From: an uncultured archaeon
Lineage (GTDB): Archaea; Asgardarchaeota; Thorarchaeia; Thorarchaeales; Thorarchaeaceae
Direction of reading: 5' to 3'
NCBI GenBank assembly: GCA_964473825.1
Contig: CAYYQL010000058.1
Span: forward strand, 1-11,072
Length of the DNA stretch: 11,072 bases
Within the stretch, counting starts at the first letter, position 1. Every line of letters starts with the position of its first letter. This document shows, piece by piece, positions 6,642 to 11,072 of the stretch. The notes under the pieces are model-generated. The model was not told the DNA's origin. It did no database searches and worked only from the letters and a program-made list of their open reading frames with translations. The translations under genes and the position numbers were made by a program.

Positions 6642-6677
6642 TATCATGTTCATGCATGGAGAAGGAAGAGGAATACA

Positions 6678-7460
6678 ATGAAGAAACTGCTAGTAACACT
6701 CACACCCGCAGAGGGAAAGCGCCTGATAGCACGGGGCTTGCTCGGTACGGAGCTGATTCAAGATGCGCTGCACAACGGCTATCTATGCATCACTCTGGGC
6801 ACAACCAGCTCGTATCTCGTTGAGGAGATACTTGGTAGTTATGAGAAGACGAAACACATCGCAGGGGTAGTTGTTCCAGAGGGGACCTGGGTCACCAAGG
6901 CGAAGTATCGATACAATGACGCCATCTTCTATCGAGGGGAGTTTCTCGACGGTAAGAAGGTGATCGATGTCTTGGATGAACTGGGCCCAGATGATGTCAT
7001 CGTCAAGAGTGCCAACGCTCTCGACGCCAACTCCACGCCCATCGTTCTGCTCGCAAGCAGCACAGGTGGCACTGTGGGATCATTCCTGGGGTCTGCTGCG
7101 GCTCGCAACATCAGCATCGTCATGCCCTGTGGCCTAGAGAAGTTCATACCCTCGAGCTATGATGAGTTCTACGGCGAGTTCGGGACGCATGACTGGGACT
7201 TTGCAATAGGTACGCCGGTTGGCGCGATAGCAGTACCTGAAGGTATCCCCTTCACCGAGCTAGACGCTCTCGAGACCCTGTTCGATGTCACTGCGATTCC
7301 CATCGCAGCTGGCGGAGTCAACGGTGCTGAGGGCGCAGTGACCCTGTTCATCGAGGGAGATGATGACGATATCGTCATGGCGTACGACTTCCTGAAGAAT
7401 GACATCAAGGGAGAACCACCATTTCCACACGTGAGCCATCTCATGGAAGAACCTGAGTAG
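6678..7460 (+). CDS. Conserved hypothetical protein (260 aa), possibly NagB/RpiA/CoA-transferase-like fold
   Basis: Purine-rich SD (AAGAGGA) upstream. Motifs TLTPAEGKRLIA, GTTSSY, KSANALD, GGTVG, PCGLEK and IAAGGVNGAEG are ones I recall from an uncharacterised family in archaea and anaerobic bacteria. The fold call is inference. Confidence 0.75.
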   Translation: MKKLLVTLTPAEGKRLIARGLLGTELIQDALHNGYLCITLGTTSSYLVEEILGSYEKTKHIAGVVVPEGTWVTKAKYRYNDAIFYRGEFLDGKKVIDVLDELGPDDVIVKSANALDANSTPIVLLASSTGGTVGSFLGSAAARNISIVMPCGLEKFIPSSYDEFYGEFGTHDWDFAIGTPVGAIAVPEGIPFTELDALETLFDVTAIPIAAGGVNGAEGAVTLFIEGDDDDIVMAYDFLKNDIKGEPPFPHVSHLMEEPE

Positions 7461-7486
7461 TGAGAGAACCAGTGGGGCTGAGCAAA

Positions 7487-8251
7487 ATGAGCGACATTGT
7501 CATCGAGACCCAAGACCTGACCAAGATCTTTGAGAGGGGGACCAAGCGAGAGGTTGTCGCTCTGGATAAGGTCACGATGGACATCCAGAGAGGAGAGGTC
7601 TTCGGGCTCATTGGCCCTAACGGCGCAGGCAAGACCACCTTGATCCGCGTTCTTGTCGGTCTGTTGACTCCAACCGAAGGAGAGGCATATGTTCTTGGAG
7701 AGAATGTCAAGGATAACATCGATTACATTCGCAAGCGAGTGGCACTGCTACCTCAGGAGGCGGGCATCTACGAGCGCCTCACCGCACGAGAGAATCTGGT
7801 CTACTATGGCGGACTCTACGGCATCCCAGAAGAAGAGCTCAACAAGAGAGCAGACAGGCTTCTGGACATCGTTGGCCTCAGGGACAAGGAAGACTACCAG
7901 GTGAAAGGGTTCAGCGGGGGCATGAAGCGCAAGGTCTTAGTGGCCCGAGCACTGATCATCGAACCCGAGGTCATTTTTCTGGACGAACCAACCACAGGAG
8001 TGGACACCATTGGTGCCCGTGTCGTCCGAAACCTGCTGAAGAAACTCAGTTCACAGGAGAACAGGACCATCATACTAACCACTCACGACCTGAATGAGGT
8101 TTCAGAGCTGTGTGACAGGGTAGGTATACTGAACGAGGGAGTGCTTGCAGCTATAGGGAGGCCGGGAGAGCTGGAGGAAAAATTCAAGGCTGCCAATCTT
8201 GAAGAGTTGTTCACGGGTCTTGTGACAGGAGAGGGAATCTATGAGTCATAG
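7487..8251 (+). CDS. ABC-2 type exporter ATP-binding subunit (NatA/DrrA-like)
   Basis: Walker A GPNGAGKT, Q-loop LPQE, signature FSGGMK, Walker B/D-loop IFLDEPT, H-loop TTH. Likely start is ATG 7487 (MSDIVIETQDLTK); GTG 7460 is an alternative. Confidence 0.95.
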   Translation: MSDIVIETQDLTKIFERGTKREVVALDKVTMDIQRGEVFGLIGPNGAGKTTLIRVLVGLLTPTEGEAYVLGENVKDNIDYIRKRVALLPQEAGIYERLTARENLVYYGGLYGIPEEELNKRADRLLDIVGLRDKEDYQVKGFSGGMKRKVLVARALIIEPEVIFLDEPTTGVDTIGARVVRNLLKKLSSQENRTIILTTHDLNEVSELCDRVGILNEGVLAAIGRPGELEEKFKAANLEELFTGLVTGEGIYES

Positions 8252-8268
8252 CAGGAGGACGATGTGAT

Positions 8269-9480
8269 ATGGCACAGCCAAAGACAAAGATGCTGGACAG
8301 CAAGACCGTATGGATGCTGAAGAAAGAGATCAAGTCGGTCCTGCGCTCACGCTGGCTCCTACTGGGCTTCATGATCAGTCCTCTCTTCGCGTGGCTCTTT
8401 CAGGGTGCTTTCCTTTCATTCATCGTGGCCCAGACAAGTGAGGAACCCGAGACGGTATACATCACATTAGAGGATGATGGCCAGTGGGGACAGACCCTCT
8501 ATAACGCGATAGAGGCAAACAAGAATGACCTCCTCATCGACCCGCTCGTGGACGTGACTAAGAACTACGGGCAACAGCTGGTCAACAACCGTTCGTTGTC
8601 AGTGTGGGTACTGATACCGGAGAACTTCACACAGCAACTCGAATTGAACAATCAGAGCACACTTGTCATCTGGGTCAATACAGGAAACATCAGAGCAACG
8701 GCTGCCGCTCAGAGAATAGACGGATTTGCCAAGAACGTGATCAATGAGAAACTCATCATCCGCGACTTGCAGGTCAACTGGTACACCATCGCGCCAGAAT
8801 CGACATACGGTCACCAACTGGCAATCTTCCTTGTCATGCTCACGTCCGTTCTCGCACCTGCGCCCTACGTGAGTCAGTCCTTCGCAGGTGAGCGGGAGAA
8901 ACATACACTTGAGGCATTGCTTGTTGTCCCAATGAGCAGGATTAAGATTCTCGCGTCGAAACTCGTGGCGGGTCTCTTGCTGACCATGATCTATTCGTTC
9001 TTCACCATCGTCGGCATTTTGGTATACAACTGGTCGATCATCTTCAGGGCTACGCCGCTTCCTCCCAATGCAGCCGCATACTACATCGGTCTCTACACGG
9101 TGCCGGTTGCTACGATCCCACTGATCTTCTTCTGCCAGTTTCTTGTCTTGCTCTGTGCAATCGGAATAGGGGTCGTGATATCCTGTCTGGCAAAAGATCA
9201 GGCCACAGCTGAGTCGATCAACAACCTTGTCCTGCTGGTTCCCACGATGGTGATAGGAATCCTCGGTTTCACAGGGAGCATTCTGCAGTACGGCGGAATC
9301 TTCGGACTCTTCGTCCTCGCGATACCGTTCAGTCATGCGATCATCTTTCTGAATGGCGTCCTCTCAGGGGCAGCTACCCCGCTGAGCCTGTTCGGTAATG
9401 TGCTCTACCTGCTGATATTCACCGTCGTCTTCCTGGTAATCGGAGCGAAGCTCTTCGAGCGAGAGGCCATCATTGCATAG
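8269..9480 (+). CDS. ABC-2 type exporter permease (NatB-like)
   Basis: N-terminal KKEIKSVLRSR plus one TM, a large extracellular loop, then about 5 TMs. Contains the motif SFAGEREKHTLEALLVVPMSR..IL.SK. SD GGAGGA lies upstream. Confidence 0.92.
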   Translation: MAQPKTKMLDSKTVWMLKKEIKSVLRSRWLLLGFMISPLFAWLFQGAFLSFIVAQTSEEPETVYITLEDDGQWGQTLYNAIEANKNDLLIDPLVDVTKNYGQQLVNNRSLSVWVLIPENFTQQLELNNQSTLVIWVNTGNIRATAAAQRIDGFAKNVINEKLIIRDLQVNWYTIAPESTYGHQLAIFLVMLTSVLAPAPYVSQSFAGEREKHTLEALLVVPMSRIKILASKLVAGLLLTMIYSFFTIVGILVYNWSIIFRATPLPPNAAAYYIGLYTVPVATIPLIFFCQFLVLLCAIGIGVVISCLAKDQATAESINNLVLLVPTMVIGILGFTGSILQYGGIFGLFVLAIPFSHAIIFLNGVLSGAATPLSLFGNVLYLLIFTVVFLVIGAKLFEREAIIA

Positions 9481-9771
9481 ACGGCTGATTAAGCAGTAGC
9501 GTTTTCCACAGAAGAGCAAGAACGGGTTTGATTTTGTTACCGCCTCATAGTTCGGGCAGCACACGAGTGCCCTCCAGATGGCCTCTGGGCCGATAATTTC
9601 ACGGCAGAACAGACCTCTCGTACCATTATATACTCTCTCTGGAAGAGGATATACACCAATTGAGGGTAAGGTAGACCCCAGTGGTGGGGGGACCCTTCCT
9701 CATATCATGGTACTCCTTCTATACGAATAAGATTATGAGATGGTGTGCTCCGCTTAGTCAGGGGCCTCTGC

Positions 9772-11072
9772 TTGACTCGCAACCGAGAAGACAGCATCTC
9801 ACCAGATGAAGTCAATCTGTATTGGGAGAAGTATCAAGAGATTGCACGTGATGGGTTTGGTTTTGACATCGACGGCTCCATATCATTGGACATCATCATG
9901 CGTCATCTTGAATCGAAACTCGAACCAGATGCACGCGACGAGATGAGGGCCATCTTGGCGAAGGAGTTTGTGAGGTTGGCCCTGCCGGGTCTCAAAGGGT
10001 CATCTGTAGTGCGTACTCTGCTGGCTCGGGGACTCGTGGACCTTGCAGAAGCCCGATCGGGAAGAAGCACGTGCGATAGCCGATCGTCACCCTTTCTCCT
10101 CGCAGACAGTATTGCAGGAGATATGGCTCTAAGGACTCTGCGGGAGGAGATTCTTGAGATGGGGCGGATCCCTGGTCTGGATGGTGCCACAATAGAGAGA
10201 GACCTCTTCCAAGTCATCAGATGTGTCCCCCCACGTCTCGACGAGAACGAGCTCCGCCTTATTGACCGATTGCTCACCCGCCCAGACGCAACATTCACAG
10301 AAATCTCTCAAGACTTCAATCTGACTGTTAAGTGGGTATCCAAGAAGACCCACGAGTTGCTGGAACGTGGTTTTCTGAACCGACAGCACGAAGTGGCTGC
10401 GCATCGACTGGATATGAGATACCTTCTGGTGTTCGTCCTCCGTGACTCGCCTGTTGATGGTGAGTACTTCTTGAAGGCGATCGAAGAGTGCCCCTATTGT
10501 ATCGGAGGAGATGTCATCCTCACGGGACAGTGGAGCGCCGTTGCGGAGTTGGCTGTCCCTAACACAAGTGGATATACAACAGAACTGATACGACTGGTGA
10601 AGGGTCTGGAAGAGAAGGGCATCATGACTGAGCTCTTCGATGTCGGGGCCCGAGGACGAAGTTACTGCCTTGACTACTACTCCACAGACGTGGGAGAGTG
10701 GACCATCCCTTGGGACTTGCTTCGAATCGAGCTCGGCAAGGTGTACGAGAGAGACCTTGGTAGCTCGGTGGCACCTATCCATCAGCCCCTCAGGCCGACC
10801 AGAATGAGGCTAGATAGGTTGGACCTCGAGATTGCGCGCCTTCACATGCAGGAACTCGACACCATTGGAGAGGTGCGTAAGGCAGTGGGAAAGGGACAGG
10901 TAGAAGTGGCGTCTAGAATGCGTGCCTTGAGAGAGGACGGCATCCTAAGAAGACCATACAAGATGTACTTCATGGGGCTTGGAGAGCAGACAGTCATCGT
11001 GACAGAGAGCCCAAAGTTGCAGACGGCGCTATCAGCCTGGGCACGGCGGCTTCCGAAACTGGACATTCTGCT
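9772..11072 (+). CDS. Large transcription regulator with two Lrp/AsnC-type winged-HTH modules; 3'-truncated by the window edge and absent from the ORF track
   Basis: Frame +1 is open from TTG 9772 (AGGGG upstream; alternative GTG 9745) to the window end, over 430 codons. HTH1 is LDENELRLIDRLLTRPDATFTEISQDFNLTVKWVSKKTHELLERGFL (10237-10377). HTH2 is LDRLDLEIARLHMQELDTIGEVRKAVGKGQVEVASRMRALREDGIL (10810-10947). Confidence 0.85.
   Translation, partial: MTRNREDSISPDEVNLYWEKYQEIARDGFGFDIDGSISLDIIMRHLESKLEPDARDEMRAILAKEFVRLALPGLKGSSVVRTLLARGLVDLAEARSGRSTCDSRSSPFLLADSIAGDMALRTLREEILEMGRIPGLDGATIERDLFQVIRCVPPRLDENELRLIDRLLTRPDATFTEISQDFNLTVKWVSKKTHELLERGFLNRQHEVAAHRLDMRYLLVFVLRDSPVDGEYFLKAIEECPYCIGGDVILTGQWSAVAELAVPNTSGYTTELIRLVKGLEEKGIMTELFDVGARGRSYCLDYYSTDVGEWTIPWDLLRIELGKVYERDLGSSVAPIHQPLRPTRMRLDRLDLEIARLHMQELDTIGEVRKAVGKGQVEVASRMRALREDGILRRPYKMYFMGLGEQTVIVTESPKLQTALSAWARRLPKLDIL

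Noticed and set aside
9700-9708. Selenoprotein via ATG-ATA-TGA readthrough
   Set aside because: No recognisable selenoprotein motif or SECIS, and the frame would run antisense into the permease 3' end.
5148-11066. Antisense ORFs (e.g. 5148-5570, 8599-9336, 9903-10298, 10129-10782), and likewise 3288-3908 on the plus strand
   Set aside because: They are shadow ORFs opposite well-supported genes and have no motifs.
1-11072. CRISPR array, tRNA/rRNA, IS/transposase, integrase or integron attC sites
   Set aside because: No regularly spaced short repeats, structural RNA signatures, recombinase genes or conserved attC-like core sites were seen.

Overview
The window looks archaeal: purB is archaeal-type and there is a tandem Lrp-like regulator. 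An Asgard/Thorarchaeia origin is only an impression. It has two parts. The right part (4180-11072) is mostly housekeeping: a transcarbamylase-fold gene lacking the catalytic motifs, divergent from purB, then a conserved hypothetical gene, an ABC-2 exporter (ATPase + permease) and a truncated double winged-HTH Lrp/AsnC-like regulator missing from the ORF track. The left part (1-~4145, minus strand) is the main finding: a tandem array of 5'-truncated cassettes of one protein family. Each cassette has a conserved GC-rich beta-rich repeat segment, a Pro/acidic linker and a divergent, lower-GC hydrophobic multi-TM C-terminal domain, followed by a translationally coupled small 3-TM partner gene. Cassettes 1 and 2 share a 203-bp repeat (about 93% identical, mostly synonymous changes) that ends where the variable C-terminus begins. 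A third, frameshifted cassette starts at the left edge. This matches the orphan toxin/immunity (or self-recognition pair) arrays of polymorphic systems, but the core is not from a family I recognise (not Rhs/CDI/MafB).
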